Source: Ruminococcus albus 7 = DSM 20455 (GTDB taxonomy: Bacteria > Bacillota > Clostridia > Oscillospirales > Ruminococcaceae). From it: a DNA stretch of 32,000 nucleotides. The stretch is from positions 2,850,001-2,882,000 of the forward strand of contig NC_014833.1 in NCBI RefSeq assembly GCF_000179635.2, written 5' to 3'. Positions 20,259 through 28,703 of the stretch are shown here, piece after piece. The stretch's first letter is position 1. Each line of letters starts with the position of its first letter. The position numbers and the translations under genes were made by a program. Under the pieces are notes generated by a model. It was not told the origin of the DNA and did not search any database. It saw only the letters and a list, made by a program, of their open reading frames with translations.

Positions 20259-21351
20259 ATACGTTGAATTTGAACAGCACGATATCTCCGTCCTGCATTA
20301 CGTACTCCTTGCCTTCCTGCCTAGCCAGTCCTTTTTCACGGACAGCTGTCATTGAGCCATACTGCATCAGATCATCGAAGCTTACTACCTCCGCACGTAT
20401 AAATCCACGCTCAAAGTCGGAGTGTATCTTGCCTGCCGCCTGAGGTGCCTTTGTGCCTTTGGTTATAGTCCATGCCCTTACCTCGGGCTCACCTGCTGTA
20501 AGAAACGAGATCAGTCCCAGAAGTGCATATCCTTCCTTGATTATACGGTCAAGTCCGGATGTTTCCAGTCCCAGGTCAGCTAAGAACATTTTCTTGTCCT
20601 CAGCATCCATATCCGATATCTCAGCTTCTATCTGTGCGCATATAGGCAGCACTGCTGACTTCTCCTTTGCTGCTATCTCGCAGACCTTCTTGTAATTTGC
20701 ATTTGTCTCGATATTGTTGCGGAAATCGTCCTCACACAGATTAGCAGCATAGATTACAGGCTTCAGCGAAAGCAGAGGTGTTTCCTTCAGGAGCTCAAGC
20801 TCGTCGTCAGTCATATCAAAACTTCTGGCAGAACGTCCTTCTTCAAGATGTGCCTTCAGCCTCTCAAGGAACTCAACAACAGCCCCAAGGCTCTTGTCGC
20901 CCTTCATAGCCTTCTTTGTACGGTCGATACGTCTGTCGATAAGCTCGATATCCGAGAATATCAGCTCCAGGTCGATAGTTTCAATATCCCTCGCAGGGTC
21001 GATCGAACCGTCAACGTGGATTATATTATCGTCTTCAAAACACCTTACAACATGAACTATCGCATCCACCTCACGGATATTCGCAAGGAACTTGTTTCCA
21101 AGTCCTTCACCCTTTGATGCACCCTTTACCAGACCTGCGATATCAACAAATTCCAGTGTTGCAGGTGTGAACTTAACAGGGTGATACATCTCAGCCAGCG
21201 CATCAAGTCTTTTATCAGGTACAGATACTATACCAACATTCGGTTCTATGGTGCAGAACGGGTAGTTGGCAGACTCTGCCCCTGCATTAGTAAGTGCGTT
21301 AAAAAGTGTGGATTTACCGACATTCGGCAGTCCGACCATTCCGAGTTTCAT
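20257..21351 (-). CDS. ychF: Redox-regulated ribosome-binding ATPase YchF (Obg-like)
   Basis: [21 protein letters not shown] (G1/P-loop), a coiled-coil insertion and a C-terminal TGS-like FIRAEV...QDGDIV..FKFNV. The 364 aa is the typical length. Confidence 0.95.
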   Translation of the reverse strand: MKLGMVGLPNVGKSTLFNALTNAGAESANYPFCTIEPNVGIVSVPDKRLDALAEMYHPVKFTPATLEFVDIAGLVKGASKGEGLGNKFLANIREVDAIVHVVRCFEDDNIIHVDGSIDPARDIETIDLELIFSDIELIDRRIDRTKKAMKGDKSLGAVVEFLERLKAHLEEGRSARSFDMTDDELELLKETPLLSLKPVIYAANLCEDDFRNNIETNANYKKVCEIAAKEKSAVLPICAQIEAEISDMDAEDKKMFLADLGLETSGLDRIIKEGYALLGLISFLTAGEPEVRAWTITKGTKAPQAAGKIHSDFERGFIRAEVVSFDDLMQYGSMTAVREKGLARQEGKEYVMQDGDIVLFKFNV

Positions 21352-21430
21352 ATTTTTTACTCTCCTTTAAATGATTATTACAATGACCGACAAGGTCACA
21401 AGCACATATTACCTATGTAAGCCCGAACTA

Positions 21431-21706
21431 TCAGTCACCGCAGAAATTGCCGCAGCATTCCTCTTCTTCTTCGTTTTTATCTTCCTGCTTGTTCTTGCAG
21501 CAAGGTTCAGTTAAATTGCCGCCTTCAATGCAGTTGTTGCCGTTGTCACAGCCTATCTTTATGCCCTTTTTGATGGGCGCAAATGTAAATCCGATGATAA
21601 TGCCCAGCAGGAAAAGTGCCAGACCCTTCCAGAAATATCCCACCGAAGGAGTCTTGACCTCATTATCGATGATCTCTCTTACTGTTTCTCTGATCTTCTC
21701 TTTCAT
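21431..21706 (-). CDS. Small single-pass membrane protein with a Cys-rich acidic tail
   Basis: 91-aa ORF with SD AGGAGG about 8 nt before the ATG. It has one hydrophobic helix (GLALFLLGIIIGFTFAPI). The tail is CDNGNNCIEGGNLTEPCCKNKQEDKNEEEEECCGNFCGD (7 Cys). I recognise no family. Confidence 0.55.
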   Translation of the reverse strand: MKEKIRETVREIIDNEVKTPSVGYFWKGLALFLLGIIIGFTFAPIKKGIKIGCDNGNNCIEGGNLTEPCCKNKQEDKNEEEEECCGNFCGD

Positions 21707-21737
21707 TGTTTGTACCTCCTGTAAAATTATTTATACA

Positions 21738-21759
21738 ACGGGGGTCCCCCGTTTTTTTC
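21738..21759. terminator. GC hairpin with flanking A/T tracts between the permease gene and the small Cys-rich gene
   Basis: AACGGGGG-T-CCCCCGTT followed on the plus strand by TTTTTTCT. On the minus strand (the strand of both neighbouring genes) the U-tract is weak (GTTGTATAAAT), so the orientation is ambiguous. Confidence 0.4.
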
Positions 21760-21812
21760 TGTTGTTCAAATACAAGTACCGTGTTACCTTGCACACGGAA
21801 TCGTGATATACA

Positions 21813-23945
21813 TTACTCCACCGATTTCAGCGAGCCTATCATATCTACTTTTTTCAGGCTGAAATGCAGTGCCCCATTTACAGCCAGTGTGAACAAAGCC
21901 GTTATGAGCGCACCGTATACCATCGCAGAGGGTGCCAGCGAGTGATCGAATATCAGTATATCCACCTCAGCCGTGACCGTAACGAAATAGTGCAGTATAC
22001 GTCCCACGGGAAGACCCAGGACTATACCCACAGCCGCCGAGATAAGGTTCTCGCGTAGAATATAATCATCAGTTTCACGGTCAAAGAAACCCAGAACCTT
22101 TACAGTCGCTATCTCACGCATACGTTCGGTTATATTAATGCTCGCAAGATCGTACAGCACTACAGCCGCCAGCAGTCCCGCGCTGAATATCAGCACACCT
22201 ACCACCGTATTCAGGCTGTCCATAGAGTCCAGAAAGCCCCTTGACTGATCTTCCTTGTAGTTCAGCCCGTATACTTCACTGCTTTCCAGCAGGCGGCTCC
22301 TGAGCTCATCCTTATCCGTACCTTCCGCCAGCTTTATGAAGCTGACATTGTATACAGGCTTTCTCCCGAAGTATCTTTCATAGTCATTCGGGGTGATGAA
22401 CACATAGTGGAATGCATAGTTTTTGCATATATCTCCCACCGTGAACTCAACCTTCGATCCGTCCGCTTCTGTAACAGTGAAAGTGCTGCCCTTTTCAAGA
22501 TCCAGGATATCTGCCATCTTCTGCGTAATTATAACACTTCCGTCCTTTACAGTCAGCGTACTTCCGTCCTTTGTGCTTCTTAACAGTACAAAATCATCAA
22601 GCTCGTCCCCTTCAGAAGGAACACAGATATTCACCATGCACTTATTTTCGCCCACCGAAGCATCAACCTCATTGATGAGCGTCTGCATATGGTTTTCCAG
22701 ACCTTCAGCGTCATTCAGCTTACTTTCAAGCTCATCGTATGTGAACCTGTCGTTCAGCACCGCGATACCGTCATACACGAACACTTCACCGAACTGTCTG
22801 TCCGCCACCGAGCTAATGGAATTTTTAAGCCCGAATCCCGTGATTATAAGTGCTGTGCACCCGGTAACTCCGGCAAGGGTCATGAAGAAACGCCGCTTTG
22901 AGCGCAGCATATTCCTGGTAGTCACCTTGCCCATAAAGCTGAATCTTCCCCACACCGCCGACCATTTTTCCAGCAGCACTCTCTTGCCTGCCTTAGGGGG
23001 TTTCGGACGCATAAGGCTGCCCGGGACTTCTTTAAGATCCCTCATGCAGGTGAATACCGTCACACCGCATATACATACAGCCGATGCCGCAGTGCAGGCG
23101 GCTATGTATCCCCACCTCAGGGGAGTATCTATCTTCGGGATATTGTAAAGCATCCTGTACCCGTTGAATATCATCCGCGGGAATATTTTAAGTCCAGCCG
23201 CTGAACCGCACAGACCGCCTGTCACAGCAGCCACGCCCGAGTATATCAGGTACTTTGAAAGTATCTTCCCCCGCGGATAGCCCAGCGCCTTGTATACACC
23301 TATCAGACCGCGCTGCTCATCCATAAGCCTTGACATCGTAGCAAGACATACAAGTCCTGCCACCAGCATGAAGAATACAGGGAATACCTTTGCTATGGAA
23401 TCTATCTTCCTGCTGTCGCCCTCAAATGAGGAATAGTCCGAGCTTGCCGAAAATCTGTCATAGCTGTACACCGTCGGTTCAGGAGTATCTTCAAGCTGCT
23501 TTTTAGCATCATCTATCTCCCGTCTGGAATCCTGCAGCTGTGCCCTGTATTTCTCATGTGCCGAGCCGTCATCATCATCTGCAAGCTCACGAGCTATATT
23601 CAGTGCCTTTTCAGCCTGCAGCATAGTGGATTTTTCAAGGTATGCACGCTTGCCCTTATCGACCTCGCTCTCATAGATGCGTCTTGCCTCCGCAGCCTTT
23701 TTCTCCCACTCCGTCAGATGTTTCCGAAGGTCTTCCCTGTCCATATCAAGGACATTATTCAGCGTATCCGCAGTTTTCTGTGCCGCAGCTATCCTGTCCT
23801 CAGCACGGCTGCGGAGCGTATCATATCTTTCGTTTACGCTCTTCCTGAAAGCCGCCTCAGCCGCCGCGCCCTTTTCTTTCACGCTTCTGCGGTACTCCTC
23901 CGAGAACGGATCGCTCTCATCAAGTCCCTCCAGGTCAACGAACAT
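21813..23945 (-). CDS. FtsX-family ABC transporter permease, apparently 5'-truncated (possible pseudogene remnant)
   Basis: 710-aa ORF. It has a ~190-aa coiled-coil-like Glu/Lys/Ala-rich N-terminus and then two FtsX-type helix bundles (..GLIGVYKALGYPRGKILSKYL.. and ..REIATVKVLGFFDRETDDYILRENL..). TM1 and the first part of the extracytoplasmic domain are missing. The frame stays open 27 codons upstream of the ATG (to 24026) without any start codon, there is no SD, and there is no adjacent ABC ATPase gene. Confidence 0.6.
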   Translation of the reverse strand: MFVDLEGLDESDPFSEEYRRSVKEKGAAAEAAFRKSVNERYDTLRSRAEDRIAAAQKTADTLNNVLDMDREDLRKHLTEWEKKAAEARRIYESEVDKGKRAYLEKSTMLQAEKALNIARELADDDDGSAHEKYRAQLQDSRREIDDAKKQLEDTPEPTVYSYDRFSASSDYSSFEGDSRKIDSIAKVFPVFFMLVAGLVCLATMSRLMDEQRGLIGVYKALGYPRGKILSKYLIYSGVAAVTGGLCGSAAGLKIFPRMIFNGYRMLYNIPKIDTPLRWGYIAACTAASAVCICGVTVFTCMRDLKEVPGSLMRPKPPKAGKRVLLEKWSAVWGRFSFMGKVTTRNMLRSKRRFFMTLAGVTGCTALIITGFGLKNSISSVADRQFGEVFVYDGIAVLNDRFTYDELESKLNDAEGLENHMQTLINEVDASVGENKCMVNICVPSEGDELDDFVLLRSTKDGSTLTVKDGSVIITQKMADILDLEKGSTFTVTEADGSKVEFTVGDICKNYAFHYVFITPNDYERYFGRKPVYNVSFIKLAEGTDKDELRSRLLESSEVYGLNYKEDQSRGFLDSMDSLNTVVGVLIFSAGLLAAVVLYDLASINITERMREIATVKVLGFFDRETDDYILRENLISAAVGIVLGLPVGRILHYFVTVTAEVDILIFDHSLAPSAMVYGALITALFTLAVNGALHFSLKKVDMIGSLKSVE

Positions 23946-24138
23946 CTCTGTATAGTAATTGGTATAAAATTCCTCCTCACGGAGAAATACATTACTGACG
24001 ATAAGCTCTTCTCCTTGGCATAACTTTCAACTTTGCTATTGCCATAACCATGTTATGACCCGCCGTCAAGCAATCTTCCCTCTCTCACAAAACTATAAAT
24101 AGGCGGAATCGGCCCGCCCGGCCGAGGGCAATTATGAA

Positions 24139-25002
24139 TTAGATTGCCCATATCGCTGTTGAGCCGCAGGGCAGTACGCCCTTTGTCGCTTCAACGGGAA
24201 GTCCTATCTCGTCCGCAGTCACACTTCCGCCCCGCTGGGTGGTCAGCACATCATTCAGTATGTACGCCATTACCGAGGGTGAAAGTCCCGTGGTATAGCT
24301 GTTCAAAAGGAAGAACAGCGGCTTGTCGCTCAGTACTCCCGCACAGGTCTTGACAAGGTCGTATATGCAGTCTTCAAGCTTCCATACCTCGCCACCGGGG
24401 CCTCTTCCGTAGCTGGGCGGGTCCATAACGATACCGTCATAGAAGTTCCCGCGTCTTATCTCACGCTTTACGAACTTTTCACAATCGTCCACCAGCCAGC
24501 GTATCGGCTTGTCCGAAAGTCCCGATGCCGCCGCATTATCTCTCGCCCACTGCACCATGCCCTTTGAAGCATCAACGTGGGATACACTTGCTCCCGCCGC
24601 CGCACAGGCAAGGGTCGCACCGCCTGTGTATGCAAACAGGTTCAGCACCTTTACGGGACGTCCTGCGTTCTTTATCTTATCTGCCATAAAATCCCAGTTA
24701 ACAGCCTGCTCGGGGAAAAGTCCCGTGTGCTTGAAGCCTGTGGGTCTTATGACAAAGGTCAGGTCTCTGTACTTTATGTTCCAGCTTTCGGGGAGTTTTC
24801 TGCGGTACTCCCACTCGCCGCCGCCCTTTGAAGAACGGTGATATACTGCGTCTGCCTTATCCCACATATCAGTGCGCTTCGGGCTTTTCCAGATTATCTG
24901 TGGGTCGGGTCTTACAAGCACCTTGCCGCCCCAGCTTTCCAGCTTGTCACCGTCAGTGGTGTCAAGTATACGATAGTCGTTCCATTTATCTGCAATTCTC
25001 AT
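24139..25002 (-). CDS. Class I SAM-dependent methyltransferase (RlmI-like catalytic domain, no PUA)
   Basis: SAM-binding motif I VLNLFAYTGGATLACAAAGA, then the acidic VDAS, then motif IV IVMDPPSYGRG. The architecture resembles Methyltrans_SAM-type rRNA/large-RNA methyltransferases. Confidence 0.75.
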   Translation of the reverse strand: MRIADKWNDYRILDTTDGDKLESWGGKVLVRPDPQIIWKSPKRTDMWDKADAVYHRSSKGGGEWEYRRKLPESWNIKYRDLTFVIRPTGFKHTGLFPEQAVNWDFMADKIKNAGRPVKVLNLFAYTGGATLACAAAGASVSHVDASKGMVQWARDNAAASGLSDKPIRWLVDDCEKFVKREIRRGNFYDGIVMDPPSYGRGPGGEVWKLEDCIYDLVKTCAGVLSDKPLFFLLNSYTTGLSPSVMAYILNDVLTTQRGGSVTADEIGLPVEATKGVLPCGSTAIWAI

Positions 25003-25105
25003 AAATAATTTCCTTTGCTTTGTATTTTAGTCATACCAAGAAATATCCGATGTTATGCCAATGTAGTTCTTCATTACTTAAATTCATTTTATCCTCCTGC
25101 TAATA

Positions 25106-25885
25106 TCACTCTATTATTTTTATTGATTCACAATCAATTTTGTGATCTGGATTATTGATTTTATCATTCATAGAATCTAAATAATCATCATCTGCATATA
25201 TATTTAAGGTTAACTTAATTTTTCCATTAATTTCCTCAATGTGTGATTTTAATTCTGAAAACTCATTTTCAATGTTACTGTTCTTTTCGTATTCACGTTG
25301 TGGTATGCATACATGCATAATTAAACTAGGTCTTTCTGAATTATCCTCTATGCTGCTTACTGATTTTATGATTTCTTCCGCGGAAGCATTTACATCGTAT
25401 TCACTTGAAAATAGGTTGCTTGAAGACGAGAAAAACTTTGTATAATACTCATCAATGTTTGTATCATTCACATATCCGTCAATCCATTTCTCCATTTTTT
25501 CTTTAATGACTTTTCCATAATAGGCTTCGCTTTTTACATATAACTCATTATAATTCTTTGGGTATACATTAACATAATACTTTTCCTCATTACCGTCTTC
25601 ACCAATATTCACTGTAATATTATAATATAGACCCTTAGACGTTCCTAAAAAAACTCCCCCTGAGATTCCTTTATGGGTAACAACAGCCTTGACACCATAT
25701 TTATCATTAAAATATTTTTCAACTAACGGATCAACCTGATCTTCAAGCTTTTCAAGCGCATCTCTAGATAATTGCACCTGCCCATCATTGTTGTTCTTAA
25801 AAAGCGAACAACTCGTTAAACTAAAAAGCCCAATAATTCCAGCCGCCATTATTATTTTTGAAAGATGTTTTCGTAATTGTCCCAT
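25106..25885 (-). CDS. Lipoprotein, unknown function (AT-rich gene)
   Basis: The signal peptide carries the lipobox LFSLTSC. The 259-aa protein is Asn/Lys/Glu/Tyr-rich, and I recognise no family. Confidence 0.65.
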   Translation of the reverse strand: MGQLRKHLSKIIMAAGIIGLFSLTSCSLFKNNNDGQVQLSRDALEKLEDQVDPLVEKYFNDKYGVKAVVTHKGISGGVFLGTSKGLYYNITVNIGEDGNEEKYYVNVYPKNYNELYVKSEAYYGKVIKEKMEKWIDGYVNDTNIDEYYTKFFSSSSNLFSSEYDVNASAEEIIKSVSSIEDNSERPSLIMHVCIPQREYEKNSNIENEFSELKSHIEEINGKIKLTLNIYADDDYLDSMNDKINNPDHKIDCESIKIIE

Positions 25886-25964
25886 AATTATTACCTCAAT
25901 GAGTTGACATGGAACTGTAAAACAGCATATTTCTTTAAATTCATAGTGTTCTCCTCTGTTTTTT

Positions 25965-26396
25965 CTAATTATTTAATATAGATACAGCCTTTTTATACTT
26001 TTCAAGCCTTGCCCTGTCCTTGTCGGTCATGGGTCTGTTAAATCTTGTGGTATCGCTGTTATGTGTGAGGTCTGCAAGCTTTACAGCCCGCGCTATGGGA
26101 TCATTCTTTATCCTCTCTACATATTCGAGATAGGGTTCATCATCATCGTGGGTAAGCATCTCCACCGCTTTGACGACTTCCTCGCTTATACCCGCTTTCA
26201 GCAGGTCATCGGCTGTGACATCGGTATCTTCGATAACGTCATGAAGAAGTGCCGCGCAGCAGCTTTCCTCCGTCACCATCTGTTCGGCAACGTGCCACGG
26301 GTGGAAAACATAGGGCACACCGCTCTTGTCCATCTGATCCTTGTGGGCTTCAAACATTATGCCCATGGCTTTTCTCGTCATATCAGTGTAGATCAT
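25965..26396 (-). CDS. HD-domain (p)ppGpp-hydrolase-like protein (small alarmone hydrolase type)
   Basis: RelA/SpoT-type HD motifs are present: FHPWHVAEQM, AALLHDVIEDT and VKLADLTHN. I prefer ATG 26396 (GGAGG 7 nt upstream) over the GTG at 26414. It overlaps the upstream gene by 14 nt. Confidence 0.8.
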   Translation of the reverse strand: MIYTDMTRKAMGIMFEAHKDQMDKSGVPYVFHPWHVAEQMVTEESCCAALLHDVIEDTDVTADDLLKAGISEEVVKAVEMLTHDDDEPYLEYVERIKNDPIARAVKLADLTHNSDTTRFNRPMTDKDRARLEKYKKAVSILNN

Positions 26397-26685
26397 TTGC
26401 TTTCCTCCGTTCACTTAAAAAGATATTCCTGTGCTCGAACAGATACATTCTCATGCGCAGCCGCATCTCGTCGATATCACATTTCTTTTCAACTACCACA
26501 CCGCTGTCAGCATATTCTGCCTTGGTATCGTACCACCAGTCCATATACCACACAAATTCGCATAACGCCATGGACATCGCCATATCCCTGCCGTCATACC
26601 TGCGTGTGACTTTTATATCGTAGTCGGCTTCGCGCTCGGTAATATCAATATCGAATACGTCCTCTACCTCTTCGAGCACTTCCAC
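26383..26685 (-). CDS. Small acidic hypothetical protein (100 aa)
   Basis: GTG start with AAGGTGG 7 nt upstream, 2 nt after the stop of the preceding gene. It is Trp/Tyr-rich in the middle (FVWYMDWWYDTKAEY). I recognise no family. Confidence 0.5.
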   Translation of the reverse strand: MEVLEEVEDVFDIDITEREADYDIKVTRRYDGRDMAMSMALCEFVWYMDWWYDTKAEYADSGVVVEKKCDIDEMRLRMRMYLFEHRNIFLSERRKANDLH

Positions 26686-26687
26686 AG

Positions 26688-27215
26688 CTATACCACCTTG
26701 GTATAATACTGTTCCAGAATACCAAGTACTTCTTTTCTCTTGTCTTCGGGAACTGTTATTTTCAAATCCTGCCCGCGCTTTGCACTGAATATCACATTAT
26801 CATCTTCAAGGGAATAGCTGTACTTTTTACGATCGTATTTCTGTCCGCCAAGATAGAAACAGTCATTGCAAAGCCTGAACTCGTTATACTTGAAATAAAC
26901 TACCAGCCAGTGTATCAAAACAATAACATAGAATCCCATCAATGTACCACACGATGATATCATCTCTATATTTTTAAGTGTCCATTCAGCAACATCACGT
27001 CTGTATAATCCCATAAAAACACCAGTTACTAATAACAATATTCCTAAAATTGACATCCACAGTGCTTTCACAAATTCGGGATACTTATGCCTGAACGACA
27101 CGCCGCCTGCCTTCTCAGCCTCTTTCATTCCTTTGCTTCTCTTCGATATATCTACTGTAATACAGATGAGAAAAACGATCAAAAGCAACGGCATGATATA
27201 TATCAATATTTTCAT
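26688..27215 (-). CDS. Membrane protein, paralogue B (3 predicted TM plus a conserved C-terminal soluble module)
   Basis: 175 aa. The C-terminal block YNEFRLCNDCFYLGGQKYDRKKYSYSL..VIF....ITVPEDKRKEVLGILEQYYTK is shared with the upstream gene. Confidence 0.7.
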   Translation of the reverse strand: MKILIYIMPLLLIVFLICITVDISKRSKGMKEAEKAGGVSFRHKYPEFVKALWMSILGILLLVTGVFMGLYRRDVAEWTLKNIEMISSCGTLMGFYVIVLIHWLVVYFKYNEFRLCNDCFYLGGQKYDRKKYSYSLEDDNVIFSAKRGQDLKITVPEDKRKEVLGILEQYYTKVV

Positions 27216-27220
27216 ACTAT

Positions 27221-27766
27221 CTATCCATTCTCACTTTTAGTATAATGCTTTCCAAGAATACCCAGTACTTCTTTTCTCTTCTTTTCGGGTACTGTTATAC
27301 GCTTTTCGATACGACCCGATCTGAATACCACTTCTTCGCCGTCAAGAGAATAGGTGTAATGCTTCTTTTCGTACTTGGCACCGCCAAAGTAGAAACAATT
27401 CGCACACAGCCTGAATTCGTTATACTTCATATACTGCTGTATCGAGAATATGAAGATCATTACATAGATCACCAGTGCTATCCATAAAAAGATGTCTGCT
27501 TTTTTAGCATTTGACCAAGCATCGGCATTCGATTTTGACCTGCCTATTTTCGACATCAGCAGTCCGGACGTAGTCAATATGAATGCAATACTGTTCCAAA
27601 CCAGACTTAACAGCCCGCGGTCTTTGTGTTTGAAAACTACACCGCCTGCCATCTTTGAACTCTCAGTTACTGTAAAGCGTTTCGATGATGACACTATCAT
27701 ATAGATAATATCCACGATTGCCAGCACCAGCAGGCTAAACGCTATTATCGTATATGCCTTTATCAT
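27221..27766 (-). CDS. Membrane protein, paralogue A (3 predicted TM plus a conserved C-terminal soluble module)
   Basis: 181 aa. The C-terminal block is YNEFRLCANCFYFGGAKYEKKHYTYSL..VVF....ITVPEKKRKEVLGILGKHYTK. The ATG lies 1 nt after the Nudix stop codon. Confidence 0.7.
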   Translation of the reverse strand: MIKAYTIIAFSLLVLAIVDIIYMIVSSSKRFTVTESSKMAGGVVFKHKDRGLLSLVWNSIAFILTTSGLLMSKIGRSKSNADAWSNAKKADIFLWIALVIYVMIFIFSIQQYMKYNEFRLCANCFYFGGAKYEKKHYTYSLDGEEVVFRSGRIEKRITVPEKKRKEVLGILGKHYTKSENG

Positions 27767-27767
27767 A

Positions 27768-28262
27768 CTAAACTATCTCCTTTTCAGCGGCGATTATGAA
27801 CCTCTGTATAATACTGCCCTCACGGACGGTCTTTACAGCTTCTTCAAAGGTGAACCACTTAGCTTCAAGCAGTTCCCCGGAGATATTGGTATCAGCTTTT
27901 TTTACTCTTGCAATAAGTCCCAGCATAAGCTGATCTCTGCCCTCGTAAAATGCGCTGTCTATGTAGGTCACGCTTTCAGGAGCAAGCCCTGTTTCTTCAA
28001 GAACTTCTCTTGCGCCTGCTTCTTCGGGGGTCTCACCGATTTTCATAAAGCCCGCAACGCCCACATACTTCGATGTATCGCCGTAGCTCTGCCTTATGAG
28101 CAGTACCTCGTTATATTCATTGACCACCACGTTCAGCACACAGGTGGAAAACATATCAAACAGGGGACGGCTGCACTTTTCGCAGTAGGGTATATCGCCC
28201 TCGTCACCTATCTTTTTGAGTATGGTCTTTTCCCCGCAGAAGGGGCAGTATTCAAATCTCAT
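27768..28262 (-). CDS. NUDIX hydrolase with an N-terminal zinc ribbon (NudC-like NADH pyrophosphatase architecture)
   Basis: The ORF has CPFCGEKT...CEKCSRP (C-x2-C ... C-x2-C). A complete Nudix box GFMKIGETPEEAGAREVLEETGL (G-x5-E-x7-REUxEExGU) is also present. Confidence 0.85.
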   Translation of the reverse strand: MRFEYCPFCGEKTILKKIGDEGDIPYCEKCSRPLFDMFSTCVLNVVVNEYNEVLLIRQSYGDTSKYVGVAGFMKIGETPEEAGAREVLEETGLAPESVTYIDSAFYEGRDQLMLGLIARVKKADTNISGELLEAKWFTFEEAVKTVREGSIIQRFIIAAEKEIV

Positions 28263-28271
28263 CTTATCACC

Positions 28272-28592
28272 CTAAAATTTATCGCCGTAGTAACTCAGCA
28301 ATGTTTCGGCATCTATACCGCCGATATTGCATATCACAGCGTGTTCCCAGCGTTCTTTTAGAGACTTGCCGTCATAGATCTTCGCCGTGAACATCTCCTC
28401 GGCAGAAGAATACTCGCATCCGTCGGGGATATCGCAGTAGCCGACCCAGTAGGGCTTATCCTGACCGCCTATCCAGCCGAGATAATGCTCCTGTTCTTCG
28501 GGGTCATCGTCAAAATAGAACGTAGTCTCGTCCACATTTATCTTATCGGCGTTCTCAAATATCCGCAGGAATTTTTCGTAGGTAAGCTCCAT
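28272..28592 (-). CDS. Hypothetical cytoplasmic protein (106 aa)
   Basis: ORF with GAGGAG 8 nt before the ATG. The protein is acidic (..FYFDDDPEEQEHYLGWIGGQDKPYWVGYCDIPDGCEY..). Its stop is 9 nt before the Nudix start. I recognise no family. Confidence 0.55.
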   Translation of the reverse strand: MELTYEKFLRIFENADKINVDETTFYFDDDPEEQEHYLGWIGGQDKPYWVGYCDIPDGCEYSSAEEMFTAKIYDGKSLKERWEHAVICNIGGIDAETLLSYYGDKF

Positions 28593-28703
28593 AGGTTCAC
28601 GCTCCTCAATTCGCCGCAGGACTGCGGGGGTATCTTTTCTTTAACACAAGGAAAGCCCCACCCGCCCGCCCACGACAAAGCCGCTTCGTAAAGGGAAAAT
28701 ACC

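Noticed and set aside
22423-23148. 241-aa plus-strand ORF and other antisense ORFs across 21864..24023
   Set aside because: They are antisense to the FtsX permease, whose minus-strand translation contains canonical FtsX motifs. The antisense products are Ser/Pro-rich and of low complexity.
26397-26414. Track start (GTG 26414) of the HD gene
   Set aside because: The GGAGG at 26408..26404 would lie inside the coding region, yet it is perfectly placed for ATG 26396.
26061-26623. 182-aa and 124-aa plus-strand ORFs
   Set aside because: They are antisense to the HD hydrolase and the small acidic gene. They have no SD and no motifs.
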